This document shows, one piece after another, positions 26,701 through 39,200 of a stretch of DNA of 64,000 nucleotides; position 1 is the stretch's first letter; each line of letters begins with the position of its first letter. The notes beneath the pieces are model-generated. The model made no database searches, was not told where the DNA came from, and saw only the letters and a program-made list of their open reading frames with translations. The stretch is from a virus. Its lineage: Duplodnaviria; Caudoviricetes. The position numbers and the translations under genes were made by a program. The stretch lies in the IMG/VR virus record IMGVR_UViG_3300021387_000682, positions 1 through 64,000 of that record. The stretch is one strand, 5' to 3'.

Positions 26701-27289
26701 TACTAGGAGAAGACATTAACCTTCCTCTAAACAGATTGTTTGTAGAATCCCATTCTCCAAATATATATGTATCTCCATTTACATACACTTGAAGGTTATC
26801 AAACATGTAATCAAACTTATCTCTAGTAACAGCCTTGCCTTCACGTTTTCTATCCATAAGTTTGACATAGTTCTCGTATATCTCTGACTTTTTCTGCTCA
26901 GAGATTTGCAACAAAGTGCCATTTTGAAGCAGTTTAAATCCATTGGGAACTACACTACCTTCGAGCTGTCTCAGATGCGACTCCATATCGCTGCTACCAT
27001 GTGTCTCGATGCCAAGGTCGTTCAAATGACCTACAAGCAGATTAGTGATATCAGCGCTGAGATCAATACCGCCGTCTTCGGTTAATCCATGCTCTATAGC
27101 GTATCTCTTAACATCCTCAGCATATTTCTCAATGTCATTCACATTGTCTATCACACCATGGTTATGCAATACAGATACTATACCGTAAATAGTATCAGGG
27201 GATATTGCTACCCCCTGATCACCTAACATAATTTTGTCTCTATACTGAAGCCTCCTATCAGGCGACAGCATAATACATTTACTACTCAT
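17795..27289 (-). CDS. giant virion cargo protein (3164 aa) with N-terminal zincin and nucleotidyltransferase-like modules
   Basis: Directly downstream of the virion RNAP. HEYTH at aa ~792; GS at ~569 with DID at ~589; long helical C-terminal part. Confidence 0.85.
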   Translation of the reverse strand: MSSKCIMLSPDRRLQYRDKIMLGDQGVAISPDTIYGIVSVLHNHGVIDNVNDIEKYAEDVKRYAIEHGLTEDGGIDLSADITNLLVGHLNDLGIETHGSSDMESHLRQLEGSVVPNGFKLLQNGTLLQISEQKKSEIYENYVKLMDRKREGKAVTRDKFDYMFDNLQVYVNGDTYIFGEWDSTNNLFRGRLMSSPSIRKLYESLDVLLDSVPFMASVPEDIGGMLRKKGLYELQVDKPYNFRGEEMVKHLYFSNEKLAERVFGKKVSKITADEVEAYDRFYNQYKTLQKLKAQYLSKDYTGLFNTLKELGIYDKNAYNYVKKFKSGTLTDKEMHEVIDQIISNSKSNKVKIDSEDRINNPEIYDKLNTEVNKILVKYLSKFGFSTQITNDLEKLGIDGYSTIQILNKIAYINQNKQENFPEEAGTVIAFMMQHNPLVTEIMSDMRKNSLFKGLLSKEEQLQAVGDLIANELHKRTNENIPQTLVEKLRNLIRQFFDFLYKIKLNRINRNVGYIVDNIMLQNEALVTQSMYKPGSIGKPLTRVTLEKALKSDSFGNEIVEKLSDYFVLTGSVALAEQGTVFRPNENLLHDIDWASPFSSEHNKRIFEKVFPNSIYIRQISNKEESYSTDTWLVVPEGYSIANLILEGSNNIIESYDIVDGNGNVVNSYENKKDANGIRHEGFSNNEVIGKTVDVFSDQTGRQSYMSKTLSGKPLQLSSWLDTFKAKLDYSRLKDIWDYNRFIPNENIASAGTPADNGNTEYFKTKNGEVYGYATTDGKIYLDERVIKPEHPIHEYTHLWDRVVRSKNEALWNRGVELMKQTRLWNEYLNHPEYGQRWIAEGKSGKELDDLIASEVHARLVGKEGESLLLTIAAEKGSSNIISKLKQWILDFWKELGKTLGVWTEDELKSLTLDDFVNLTIRDFAEGAISGREISDAKLSSVSTEFSIGATLTDEEVTKLDSEQRKLLDQLEGADKLIADDILRNNNDSSPVALSRDRFIFYLKSGLPIAGMKTMIDAISKQYPDRDPYEVLADFALESYNNLAEKYKDDVESLWAYTGRKLESIASKANVRAIRLAVKNPISKFVAWCLFGLKRFACDILTWVADLIRPQRRFNGYGDVVMYSILLGSRDFVSVHNKLRGRWNSVIDKNIKEQLVSDYIQLDNKVQLFFKNDGRIFDKTEITKPDGSKITYRELQTRLNNIIYGTPKKEDKGKTIVGLLEELGVLSQVGKDFVLNTNNPDSITTFNIVMNEIGFKFGLSLNDMCKIAEEWGPGKRRLLVRDGLIALITENNFLGQKNVDIIKNAREAMAKILSFRKTEATKVNNLLKAIGNNLNLEVRRSLVDMQRKANDLSAINELDTIDNTANSINNMVDYFMDDLTSLLSKYRNDTAAQETSDGVADYLAEMNRLYNKYIAVMEEMSKDLRQMIGDNKNLFRENGGFLFNVLSEVVGKKDKDTARTLVNAIFDNIFSKIIKNDDAVSLFNSVRTEMLEKFYSNVADEHNLSSSARASLVAYAHHFKDDISFVNRYAGFWSETKNQALQIAANKIGEAASRAAIKSRRFMLDLDRLADKAHKSAGITSKEFVELDDDGVPTGYFISKYKIGEFEKEIDKAYDIILEIINNRHKNEVGYPIGSVEDITTLQQKKEFATLFSQWKFHGSKVEYDSNGKPIGFSGDRMVDIDLSIYKVGENANISDEEALRNAEEHDRAFNDYDDYNYAILNALREQERIILSAHKDGSAITSEEKMELDAIAESRRRLGSIYNIDGTLKSPDELEHVKNFNDTRDKLAKLKPTAYNEDKFNEDFNTELERISKIIHEEIDKDPTLTDGDKTVFDTRLQDAATTLLATGDKVDDKVGDIISSYVDEAMDLLYKWTSARRFKKTEGSFYRALSKTIRKDKGFNRAADKYDRMLVGICRAAINRKRTNLSRIALSPDGTYVTQEINDLEYELDLAYDNIIKSTGETRKKYKKLGIDAMNDLFSTGDNKAIVETYIRSLAYINKRLVYTVNGVKTQISSLDDADIDIDSLAEIIKLAVGGDKDAMKKLYDNDVLGVKATDPSGSVSIEDYYGEIEFDSIAETVLKPHAKVVMDKLLRERDDNITKKNSLTASAEEKENAKRNIDNINQKINDFYYTINYGYARVRRYKSSLSTVAPIARRIDVDGFRDEDLYSFGYSSEYIVRASEDDSPSVRGLRPNKDDSRFINPKFDELMSNPDVANFYNAMIAKKEELDIMNGMPNPTESKLRIPIKEVEYKETNFAASVSKLGNALSVADRNLTNGQYLSLKIKEEGFSIKSQSGILLKRAITPMSRRLEDMRQCSTNLLNSMTEYSDKTFLLDEHLKAMDVTESIMGGLASGSSQIQSGVESNASLDPSRTTSARTRQVSDDLNKAVRQRNRSYSGSQTEAAYNDIIDTAVFGIYTISATTNRKAMIAGKIIRAVSRLMSACLIKTKALQSGTNTAQVVENVQAKQIADPNVHSNKIRASKYQALDVASQIADNHRFAKRSKVGYLFNIFGLSQNKKFDRIVKAGPLGGAANVLISGINDFVNEGLNLPGTLLVHNTAVLERMFDFAILEYTDNGEKKVAIVQKTEYEAIKAKLSEEDAMRLMKFSQLKRLPDVITMNDGFPDIDKKYKEVVEKNAGRIGQILRAYSAFAKSAVSQDEQGKLFTDPSLQSVFIFRTWILPKFYQLWGHTFTGASYNYRDKKLVMGVMGSCLSRMLTLGIYNPLRNAALNTFDEDTRDIYLRYANRESTLGFVYQVMLGAWYTALSSAALLLRAMDPDGDDRKTWWRKYLEAWAIKTASEHFDTTTMLGILPTFNKVSYLDLLAYAFFQESVEGARFLANEAGFDAEPSVHKSGEYKNALKAETIFFNNFVPFSDIFISGNDRASEIHYLVGNGGAAGLFYQFIQDMVVNKDEINQIRGRLKEVYENEIRTGLQLKDARDSKIDRNIIQYDVPIIAQGLLALNGISYKDGIHPEVDPDKYIKNGKPTLVGKAIIANEVFKKTTDLNSITSYYTESSMNFDDDFEAPSLYDKDDSNYMKIKAKRMAYEVLNDAMKPYDTKFFINMADLTIDGLRVSEEIALKGLKNKYEGHPDQLRYLLKKSDEKVADKMHTLINGGYERYNDEDDNETESVKWMDLLGININDGQYKWLRDFVSKNYVDDEDDD

Positions 27290-27290
27290 A

Positions 27291-30200
27291 TTATAAACAA
27301 TTTTCTATTGCTTCATTAACTTCACCATTATCAACAGCCTTAGGGTTAACACCCGGTTGCTTATCCTTAGATAAACTTGAACCAACCTTAATAGTAGACT
27401 CATCAGATCTTTCAACAGCACTTGTTATTGCGGATTTTAAGCTCTCTATAAAATCAGATTTCATATCCTTATATGGATCGTCGTCTGATAATTCGATGCC
27501 ATCAAGTATGGCTAATGTACTTGACACGACATCTTCGTTAATGCCGGTTGTTATCTTATCTATATTTTTAACTATAGAATTACGCTTTTTGTCAATCATA
27601 GACCTAACAAGCAAGTCATCGGTGTCGACTGAGCTGAATGTTGAAATGACATTATTCATGAATGACACAGCCTCTGATACCACATTTGTAAGGAACTCGG
27701 ACGTAAGTATTGCTGGTGTATCAACCCCTTCGATCGTATTATCAGGATCCTGTGTATACACAACGGTGGACTCGAATATAACATCATTGATGTCTATCAT
27801 ATTTGTCTCTTCTACTTCTTTACCGCCTTTGTTTTTCTTAACGTAAGTATTGTAGCCTTTTGCTTTGGACATAGACCCAAGCATTATTTTACCAGATTTG
27901 AATTGATCTATTATCACCTTCATTGTGTTCTTCGTGTCAGTATCTATACCATTCTTGTTTTTACCATCTCCATCTATCAGTCTCTCGTACTTATCTATAA
28001 GATTTTTCACAACACCATTAATATATGTCATACATAAATTTGTGCTGCTACCAGATGGTATAAACTCTCCGCCGAATGTAAGAATGTTGTTGAAGTTGTC
28101 ATCGTATCCAAATATGCCATTTGAGTTGACAATATTAAGCCCATTGTTGACGAATGACATCATTGGTGCCTCGACGAATATACAAGCCTGTTTAACTGTT
28201 TTTGGTTTTGGTCCAATAGACAAACTCTCTTCGCCCTCTCCTGATGTGCTGTATTTTACAGATGGAAACTGCAGTCCGGTTTTGTCACCTTCGCCAATAT
28301 TCTCACCAACCAAACCAGGTATCCTAGCGATATTCATATATATCTTCGATATGCCACCTCTGGTTACTCTAACAAACGTCTTGTTGTATAACTCGTAGTT
28401 CGATGACATGAATATAACAGGCATTCCACTTGAAGTCTTAACGATCTTATTCTTTGCATTAGGCTTCTTATATGCAAATACATCCGGAACCTCGAATTCA
28501 TCAAAAGAACCATCGTTCTCAAACGTGTAGTCGTGTATTAATCCATTTAAGTTTCCGTACTTAAGGATGAACTCATATACATTCTTATTACTAATAAAGC
28601 TATTACTATCAACAATATTAGCCTGCTTCTTTTCAACTTGAGTTCCATTATCGGATTCGGATAGTTCCACAAGAACACTTGCCGCATGTGGCATAAGTAA
28701 CGTGAATACATTACTCTTGCTTCTTACTAATCCACCTGTATACAAGGCTGCTACAACAATCTTTTTAACCAAATCGCGAGTGTTAATGAAGGTATTATTA
28801 CCTTTTATCATCAGCTTGATTTTCATATTGTCATTGTACAGCCTAGATATAACAAGCTTCAGCTTTTCTATGTATATGGAGTTATTCTCATTAAATACAT
28901 CAGTTTTTATCACTGTGCCGATAACACCCCATGGTGTCCAAACGTTACATCCCTTCATAGCCTGAAGTGAATCCAATGTAGACTGGTCGAATACGTCATC
29001 GTATACGGCACCTGTTGTCACTGCAGAGCAGAATGCATTCCATAGCGACCCAGCTGACAGTGATAAGTCTTTTCCGTCGCCAAAGAGTGCTTTACCTACG
29101 TATTCATTGTCTATATTCAATGCACTTATCAACGATTCGTTCTCGATTGCTGATGAAACCATGGCTGATAATCGCCTGTCTGTAGAATATTTATTACCTG
29201 TAGCTTCCATTATGCCGCCATACAGGGTTGTTGCATTGTCCATTGTTGAAACGGATACTCCATTTAACAAAATCTTATTAATAGAGTCAACTGTGAGTAT
29301 CTTGTCAAGGAAGTGGTTATTGCTGTACATTCGCCTTACGCTCTGTGTATCAAGCATACCATCCTCTTTTGGCTTGATCGCATCAGCTATCGTGCTAAGG
29401 TATTTCTCGAATCCATATGCATTAATTCCAGTCTTACCCTGCTCAACCTGACAGGACTTGACAACTGTATCAAGCTCAGAGCCAATCTTATCAACCTCAA
29501 CCATCTGCCTCATCAATATCAACTGACACGCTGCATATGTGGCTTTATTCAGTTTAACATTTTCTTCATTATATCCAGTAAGGTTACCCTTTGCATCATG
29601 TACTGGTTTGTATATGGTATACTCAACAATGTTGGCTCCAGTTGCCGTCATTTCAGCCATAGCCTCCAAGAGTGCTATCTGATTGTTTTGGTATTTCAGC
29701 TTATCACCAACACGTACATTGATAGGGGATGTATCACCAAACAATAGGGTTGCTTCATCACCAAACTCGTATGAAGGGTTGATTGATCCATCAGAGAGGA
29801 ACATATATTTGTTACGATCATCAGAGCTATCTGTCTTCTTATCTGGAGATATTATCTTTGACGCATCAACGCTGCCCATTATTGCAGGATTAATAGCACC
29901 ATCATCAACAGTAGCTTTAGTAAAGCTAATGTTAATTGTATCCCTCATCTTCGAGACATACCTGCTAATAATGTTTGACTCTCTGGTTTTTGCTCTTTCC
30001 TTGTAGTTGCTGTATGATGCAGATGTTCCGAGCGACTTAGCAGCAGATAGGACTCTTATTGAATCTTGAGACATAAGGAACAATGCCTGTCTTCCAAATC
30101 CAGCCCTAAGCAATACCGCAGCAGCTGACCATGTTGTTTCGTTTATATTGAAGTCAAGTATATATGGATCCTTGACAGCATCAACGTGAGCATTGATAAA

Positions 30201-33200
30201 GTATGACAACCAGTCTGTGATATATACGTCATCTCTTGATTTAACACCACTTAATGTACGGTCCTTACCGGTAAGCCCAAGTATAGCCTTTCCTCTTGCG
30301 CTAAGGTCGAGTCCAGCTATCTGTGCATATACATGGTTTACGGATGCCAATGCAAATGGAGCGATACCATCTGTAGCACCAGAGTTCTCCATCTTCTTAT
30401 TTATCTGATACATTAACGAGTTTCTGTATACAGATGTCGATGAATTCTCCACTCCGTTAACCATGATGTTCTTTACATCAATACCGGTGTTTCTTGTGTG
30501 AAGCCTCTTGATAAGACCAACATCCTCATCTTTAAAGATTGTACTACCGGAGTCAATAGTTGTATGCGTTTCAGCCCATTGCTCAGGGGATGTCATTATA
30601 CCTATATAACTGCGTATCATATTAGATGATAATACGCTAGACTGGAGTTCAAGGGTTTTATTAACTAACGCCTTTAGGGTTATGTCTTTTACATCCTTAT
30701 ACGCATCTATCTTACGCTTGATTTCATCAAGCTTCTCTTCTGCACTTATAACCTCATTGTTTACACTGATAAACTTATTCTTTATGGCTACATACAGTTT
30801 ATCAATATCGAAGTCGGAACCAGTTATATTAACATATCCATCAGGCAATACAATTATATCACCACATTCAGCTCCAACTATATCCATAACCCTAAGTGCA
30901 GATATAGATGCCTTAGACTGAGTTGGCACACGATATCCAACGCCAAGTGGCTCGGCATTAGCTCCAATCACTTTATTCTCCGTAAGATACTCTCTTGCTT
31001 CAGCTACGCTATACGTACCAGGATTCCCTCCATCCTTACCATGCTTAATTCTCCACTTCGACCAATCTACGTCACTAAGTAGGTCTGCAAATAAGTTTAT
31101 TGAAACATAGCAGTCCATAGCGTTATGCTCATTACTAAGCTTAAGTCTAGGCCTACCAGAGCCGTCTATTGTTCTAAACAGTGTCTGTGGAACCTGAATG
31201 AATGCACCACCCTGTGTTTGTATGGATTGAACATTCTGCTTAACTATTGCCATTATCCTTGCGCTGAACAAGGAACTTGACATTATCACGCTAACAGGAA
31301 CAGCGTCTTCCGTTCCAATCTTTCTAGCTGCAGCAAATACATCAACTCCAAGGTTATTTGTACTAGCGGATGATTCAATGAGGCTTCTGAGTTTTGCAAC
31401 AGAAATATGTAGTTCGCCATTCTTATCTGCGATAGACCACTCTGACAACAATCTGCAGTATTCATTCATCTCGAGCGCTTTCATATTCGACATTATATCT
31501 GAACAAATCTTCTCTCCAGATACAGTCTCACCATAGAATGTTATCTCCTTATTATTGCCATCTACGAGATTACCCATCGTTATAGCCATAAGCTGAGTAC
31601 CAAGCTTCCTTTCTGCATGTTCATGAGGGTTTGTTTCAAGCTGTCTCCTCAGCATCTGGAACTTAATCTTCGATGGAACCATCTTTTTGTTTTTGGCCTC
31701 AGCTAATTCGCCTATCGATCCATCGCTTTTATTATACTTAAATATCTCATGGACTTCACTTGAACCAAACTTTTCAATCTCATTATCGCCAATCAAATCC
31801 GCACCGGTCCTTTTTGCTATCTCATTTAATCTTGCTCCAATAGAACCAGGCTGACACATACCAGGTAGAAGTGGGAATACGGCCATCTTCATAACTCTAG
31901 CCGTAACAGTACCTGTTTTAGTGGTGCTCGATGTACCAGCCTCAGTGGCCTTAGTTTCATCTATAGATTGACCACAGTATATAAGCTTCATTGGACTGAG
32001 TATACACCTTTGATGTATTGCAATTAACTCAGGCCTACTCAACTCCTCACCATTGCTTAATCTTTCAAAGTATTCCTCTATATCGCTAAGTCTATATCTG
32101 CCTTCCTTTATGAGGTACTTCTTGTATGCGTCAAGCGTTATAAAGCACGCTCCATCGGATGACTTTATAATTCCATCTTCATCCTTTGGTGCTTCAAGTG
32201 CATTCATTCTAAGCAAAACGAAGTCATCTATCGCTTTGTTATAATCGTCGTCACTATTAAACTTACTCCTATCAGTTATGCTTATTGCTAAGTCCCTAAA
32301 TACAGACTCCATCTTAAACCCAGCGCCACCAACGAATACACCGTTGCTTTCTGTGTCTTCACTCACAACCACGTCCTTCATTGATAGATACGACAGCGTG
32401 GTCTCACTCATAATTGTGTCATCTGTATCTGGGTCTTCTGGATTCACTTTCTCATATCCATCAAATACACCTCCCTCTGAACCGGTAGACATAAGTGACT
32501 GATATCGCTTGGTTTGGTCTGTTTCGTCCTTGAACAGCGATAATGGTACACCATAAAAGTTCTCAAAGTCACATAAAGATAACAAGTTGAGACCTTCTAT
32601 TGCCATGAAGTATCTAATGATGTCGGTTCCTTTGACATCAAAGTTAAGATTGTACGCTCCATTTTGCGTCGGAATCCCAGGTAGATCGAATATCGCATAG
32701 CCGCTATCATCAAATAGGCCATCTCTCTTAAGGGTATCTATAGTATTATCTGCAAGAACCCTAAGTAGTTTGTCTACAACTCCATTAAATATCTTTGTCG
32801 GGCCCTTCTGCTCGCCGACTCTATTACCATACTTATCGTGGTCAAATAACGTCTCTCTAGCAAACAAAATTGCATCACCAATCGGATTACCATCACCACC
32901 TGCAATACTCTTTATTGAGTCCTTGATTACAACCTTTTCCTTGCCATCTTCGGTCTTGTATTCAAGCAACTGAGACATATCTCTTTCGTATATTGCACGA
33001 GCAATTTCTATTATCGATTTTGCTTCAGTCAGTGCAGCCTTCATATCTGACCCATGATCTTTTATTCTATCTTGAATCAGTTTGTTTATATCGAGGCATC
33101 TCTTCTTTATTTCACCATTAACCTTTACTTCATAGAATATCTTTCCGAATCTAGGCATCGTAACACCAGCACCTACCTCTAAAGACCATTCGCCATTAAC

Positions 33201-36200
33201 CTTGCTAGGCGTCTTCTTTAAGTGGAAGTTCTTTTTGAATACAGTTTTATCCTGCATTGCATTATATTTGGCAGATGTTTCCGATGAGTTGCTTCCAGCT
33301 ATAGACATTAAGTCTTCTATTACCCTCAATGCATTATTTGCTTCTACAACCGCCCTTGCTTCGATTTCCTTCAGAAGCTTGCTGGTTCTTTTTACTTCTG
33401 TGCCGTCGCCTGTCACAAGAGCATCCCTGGAATTACCATCTTCGGACCCGGTAACCATCAAAGCTCTAGTTTTTGAGTACAATGTTTCACCAAAGCCGTT
33501 GCTAGCCATTGTAGGCATCAGTATGTGCCCATTCAGTAATAATGCACATCTTTCGTACAAGTAATCAATCTTACTTCTATTTCTATAATCACTAGGCCTT
33601 GTAGATGCACCAGATTTTGCTAAGCGCATTGTATTAATCTGACATACTGACATATCGCCAGAATATGTGTATATGTCATTGCGGACAAGCCCATTGAGTT
33701 CGCAGGCCTCACTAATCTTTTCGGCCTCTGATGCGTATATGGAATTATTTCCAACACCTGCTGCAAGCTTAGCCAGAGCAATCTTCCTAAGCATAGATTC
33801 AATATAGCTACTTTGCTTATTTAAGTTCACAATTTCACCCTTAGAGTTTCTTGTTGTGAAATCAGATGCAGCAACTCTGTTTTGCGTGTAAGACCTAACG
33901 AAGTTCCATACAGATCTATAACTTTTTCTATGCAGTCTACCGCGATACTGGTACATGCTTGACGTAAATCTATAAGCAACATTACCAGAGTCGTCTTCTT
34001 CGGCTAATTTAACATCGTCGTTTAGTGTTCCAACAACGTAGTCTATAACCTCTACGAGATTTGCTGCAGTAGAGCGAACGTCTTCCATAAGAGTATCAAG
34101 CTCTTCTTGAGATGGGAAAAATCCGAGTTGTGTAATTATATTATACAGTTTCTCTTTATTAATCTGGGATCCTCTTTTTACAGCAAGACAGGTTTCTCTA
34201 AGGCCTTTTTCGCCGCTTAAATGATTTAATATAGCGTCATATTGCTTATCATCCGTAGGATCGTAGTTTGATATCCCGAGCGCTGATAGGATGTTTCCAC
34301 CAGCTCTAGATGATGCCGCATTGAGCTCAACTCTAGCGTAATCACCAGAATTCTTAATGTCTATTAGCTCATATCCTCCATTAGTTATCTCTATGCTAAC
34401 CGTACTAACAACATCTCTATTCAGGAATACGAATATGTTTGCGAGGTCGAAAGTTCTGAATCCAGGTCCAGCATTAAAACCAGTGTCTGCCCTTAGATTA
34501 AATTTGCTGCCAACATCTGACTTTGCTAATATCTCATAGAACGATTTAACTATGCCAAGATTATAGCGCTTTCCATCTATAGTTGCATCCTTTGATTTTT
34601 TATTAGCGGCGATTGCTATCGCATTAACAAATTCACCAAGTGTCGAAGCACCCTTTGTTACAGCAAGCAATGTCTGGTATACATCCCTTCTCTGGTAGAA
34701 TTCGTCGAATCCTGTAAGCTTACTTCTCACATTGCTTATAGACTCATCTTTATTAATCTTCAATTTTGGTATCAACGAAAGCAAGAATCCAGCTCTCTTC
34801 GACATGGTCTCTATCGGAGACACAGGATTTTCCTTGTATTGGATAATATCCTGCAGGTTGTCAGCGGACTCTATATCACCCTCATTACGTATGTTTACAA
34901 TTGAATTAACATTCTTTATTGCATCTGATACAATATTAGATATAGCACCAGAGTCAGCACCCTCTCCTACGCTAATATTATCATATAAATCCCTTAATGT
35001 TTCATATGTCTTTATATCTGAATCTTTTGCATTATTAGGATCTGATAATATTGATTTAGCAAGATTGTCTATCTTAGCCTTTATTGCTAACTTGATGATT
35101 CTAGGACTTAATGTAACATCATTCACACCTGCGATACTTACAGACAATGATGCGTATCTATAGAATATGCTTGACACTATAGATTGTACTTCAGCTGCTG
35201 TGTTTACATGTCTAAATAAACCAGATATATCGTCATTCGACAACTCGTTCTTAGATGCATTTATGGCGTTTCTAACGAAGTATGTTGTATCCGCAGTACG
35301 CTCATCATATACAGTCTTTCCATCGATTTCAATCTTAGAGACAAGTGATGTTCCAAAGAATGATATCTTTTGTCTGTTGCCGCTAGCATCTGGGTTTAAT
35401 CTAAGACTCTTATCACCTATAATGCCATCGAATGCACCATCTTTCTTTGCTTCCGATAATCTATCTACAACAACCGCATCCTTTGATGACATTATATCGG
35501 CCGCTAACTTAACCTCATCAAGAATACTTTCAAGCTCTTCATCAAACCAAGTTCTACTTACAGACAAGGCTGTTGCAATTGATTTTACATTCTTGTTTGA
35601 GTATAGAGATGTAGACTCATTTCCTACCTCGGCACTTATTTCATTTGCCAATGCAGTAAGAGTGTCATTATACAATTCCCTGTCATTTCTATATTTGCTG
35701 CCGCTTGGTATTCTCACTGAGATTGCTGCATCAATAATAGAGATTAGTACGCGAAGATCTGGGATCTGCTCTATAGTTGGTGCGCTAATCTTTCCTTCGC
35801 GGAGTTCACGAAGTGTGTTTAATCCATTAGTTATACTAGAGCATATCCTTGATACAGTATCAGATTTAGGTTTGCATAATGCCAGTACAGATGCTGCAGT
35901 CATCGTGGAGTTAAGCGCCTTAATTGTCAGATCAATATCCTTATCTTCATCAAGGCTGGAAAGTTCAAATTCTTTCACGGTCTTGATAGCGTCAACAATA
36001 CCCCATATCTTTTTACTAGCAATGAATTCTATGTCACCATCATCTGTAGCACTTTTAATCTCTATATAGTTTGCTCTATTGTAAACTCTCTTAATTGCAC
36101 CGTCTGCACATCCAATAGCTGGCGCTGCAATTGTTATCATGTCAGAGAGTTCGCTAAATACGATAGACTTAACTCTGTTTGTTGATATATCAGCAAATCC

Positions 36201-39200
36201 AAAGAATTCCAGTATACCACCAATAAATGATAATATTGCATCATAAATCTTGGCGATGTAAGATGGATATCCGGCAGATATTGCCTTATCTCTTCTAGAC
36301 CATCTAATGAAGTCTCTCATTGAAGAGTTGTTTCCAAATTCCGCTAAGAACTCATCAAAGTTGCTAACTACTGCACGCATTGCTATTGCACGCTCAGTAG
36401 CTCCAGCAGCAAGATATTCTCTGTATCGCTTATACAGAACAGCCATCCTTCTGTTTGAGGGATTCTCCATTCCAGCAAGTGCTGCATGAACAAACTCATG
36501 GAATACTGTCTCAGCGAATGCCTTCTTGTTTTCAATTATTGATGCATCAATCAGAACCTCAACTGCACCATCGTTAGACCCGTTAACTATAGTTCTTCCA
36601 AACGAACCAAGGTCTGACACCAATCTAATCTTCTTAACACCATTGGATGAAACCTTATCTATAAGCTTTGATACCAAGGCTGCTCTTATTGGGTCACTTG
36701 AAGCAAGGAGTCTAGGGACATCCTCTATTGATATATAAGTGCCATCCGAGTCTCTTTTTATGTATGAAGCAGATACAGATCCGGCAAACAGTGGTCTGGA
36801 TGAATTAAAGTATGCTCTAGATTGACCAAACTTCTCAATAAGAGCTTCTTCTACTGATGTTATGTCGCCTTCGGCTGGCGTACCATCTGTAGGGGTGACC
36901 TCCATCCCGCCAGTTGGTATAGTCATAGTAGACTCATTACTGCTTGTAACAGATGAACCGGTTCTTTTTATAACACCGGCGAATGAGATACCAGTTCTGT
37001 CGTTCTTATATGATAGTTCAACACTATCAACGCGATCAACATCAATTGTCACAACGCCACCACCGAACAATGCAGTTCCAGATTCGTCGTCAAATGCAGC
37101 TCCAACTGCAATAATATTCATTGAGCCTACCTTTACACCGCTATCCTGTATTCCGTATCTATATAAATTCTGTTGTCCACAGTATCTACCTCCTTCGCTA
37201 CACGCCGCCTTCAGTGCTTCTGTATTTTGCGTGTCAGCAACTTTAAAGTCAAATATATCAACAGAACCATCATTTCTGATAACTAATACATCGGCTTCGC
37301 CTCTCAATACAACATGCTTTCCAACTGCACTATCTGGCAACATACTTCCGCTGGTTACAGTGATTTGTTCATCGGCATTCTCAATTACAATTGCAGGGCC
37401 ATCGAACAATACAGTAGTATTAGAGTCAACCGTAGCATTACTCTTAACCTTTACTTTATCACCATCTTGTACACCTAACGAATTGTACACATCAACCATC
37501 TGTTTTGATATGTGTTCAAATTCATCTTTTATGCTATCTGCGTACTCGTCAATGATACTTTCGGTTACACCCTTCTCTATTACTACATCGTTTTCTACTA
37601 TGTTTTCTTCGCTTCCTTGATATTTCTTATTGATGCCGGTAATCGACCTAGAGACTGACTGTGCAAGTAAAAGTCCTATTAATTCATCAGCTTGCTTCTG
37701 TCTACTTAATTCTGAATACGACTTAAGATTGACGCCCTTTTTAAATACAATGCTAATATTGCCATTACTCCTATTGCTGTTGATAACACTAGACGTCTTG
37801 ATCGCAGACTTTATGGCGGCCTTAATATCTTCGGCATTTACGGTTCCATCACTATTTATTCGTATACCGCAAATTGACGATATGCCATCGCTTCCTCTAT
37901 TCTCTATGTACACACGGAGAAGGCTGTCGACAATAGTTCCTACGTATCTATCATTGTTAGTTCCGCCAAATAATTGAGTAGATTCAGAATCAGCAGCAAT
38001 AATAGATGTTGCTCCGTAGTATACAACACTATTATCTTTGTTGAGGATTGCATTTCTGTCATCCATCTTGTTGAGCGCCTCAATGGTATCTTGCTGTGCA
38101 TTGGTGGAGTTCTCTGTCTTTGTAGCACCAGTAGACGTGCGTTTTCCAAACTTTCTAACCTCACTCTTTGTTGCCGATGAAGGTTTGATTCTAGACATTT
38201 CAACACCATCTACATATACATTTGGATTATTACCAGATAACTTTACCTTTCCACCAACACCAGCTTGAACGCTACTAATAAGCGCTCCGTTTATCTGCAT
38301 AGCCCTAGCTATATTAACATCGTCGATAGATGTGTCCATTGCGGTAAACACACCAGGTATAAAAATAACAGCTTTCCTTCCGCTCGATTTCTCAGTTGCT
38401 TCTTCGGCATATCTAAGATCGCTAGGGTCCTCATTTGATTTTATAAAGTTCTCTTTATTCATATTGAATGAGAACCTTTTATATATAGTTTCCAAGAGGT
38501 TCTTGGCTTGATTATCCTGTACACTATTTTCGTCACCTGGTTTACCTATATTGTATTCATGGGTTATAATTTTTGGCGATCCATCTTCGTTTCTACCTTC
38601 AATGTATGATACCGATACAGCAAGTGTGCTACCAGATTCAGAATTAACAACCCTAAGTGACATGCCTGTAGTGTCAGTATCTGGTTGTGCCTTTGTTAGT
38701 ATAAAGCGATTCAGATACTTGATAAATGCACCATCAATCTCTCCATCATCATTAACTGCATTCTTTAGTAAGAATTTAGCAAAATCCCTTGCGTTATCAT
38801 CTGTTAGCGTTCCATTGAACATTCCGATGTTACTACCACCAAACACAACATTCCTTTCCACACCAGCCTCATCTTTAACCTTCAGAATAAGCTCAGACTG
38901 TCCAACCTTACTACTTGGTAATATAGATGAACTTCCTTGTCCATTAACCTTAGCTAAGGTAGATACTCCGCCATCCACAACTGGTATATACCATACATTA
39001 TCCGAAGATAATTCCACGTGCTTTAATATAGAGTTATCGTCATTTGACTGAAGCTTTTTCTCAGATACATCCATAGATCTGTGGACGTGTGTTAATACAG
39101 CAATGTTATTGATTGTGTCAGTACCATTATCGCGTTCTATTAGTCCAATAATCTGTTCAACCAAATTAACCCTACTATACAACAAGGCCATGACTTCCCC

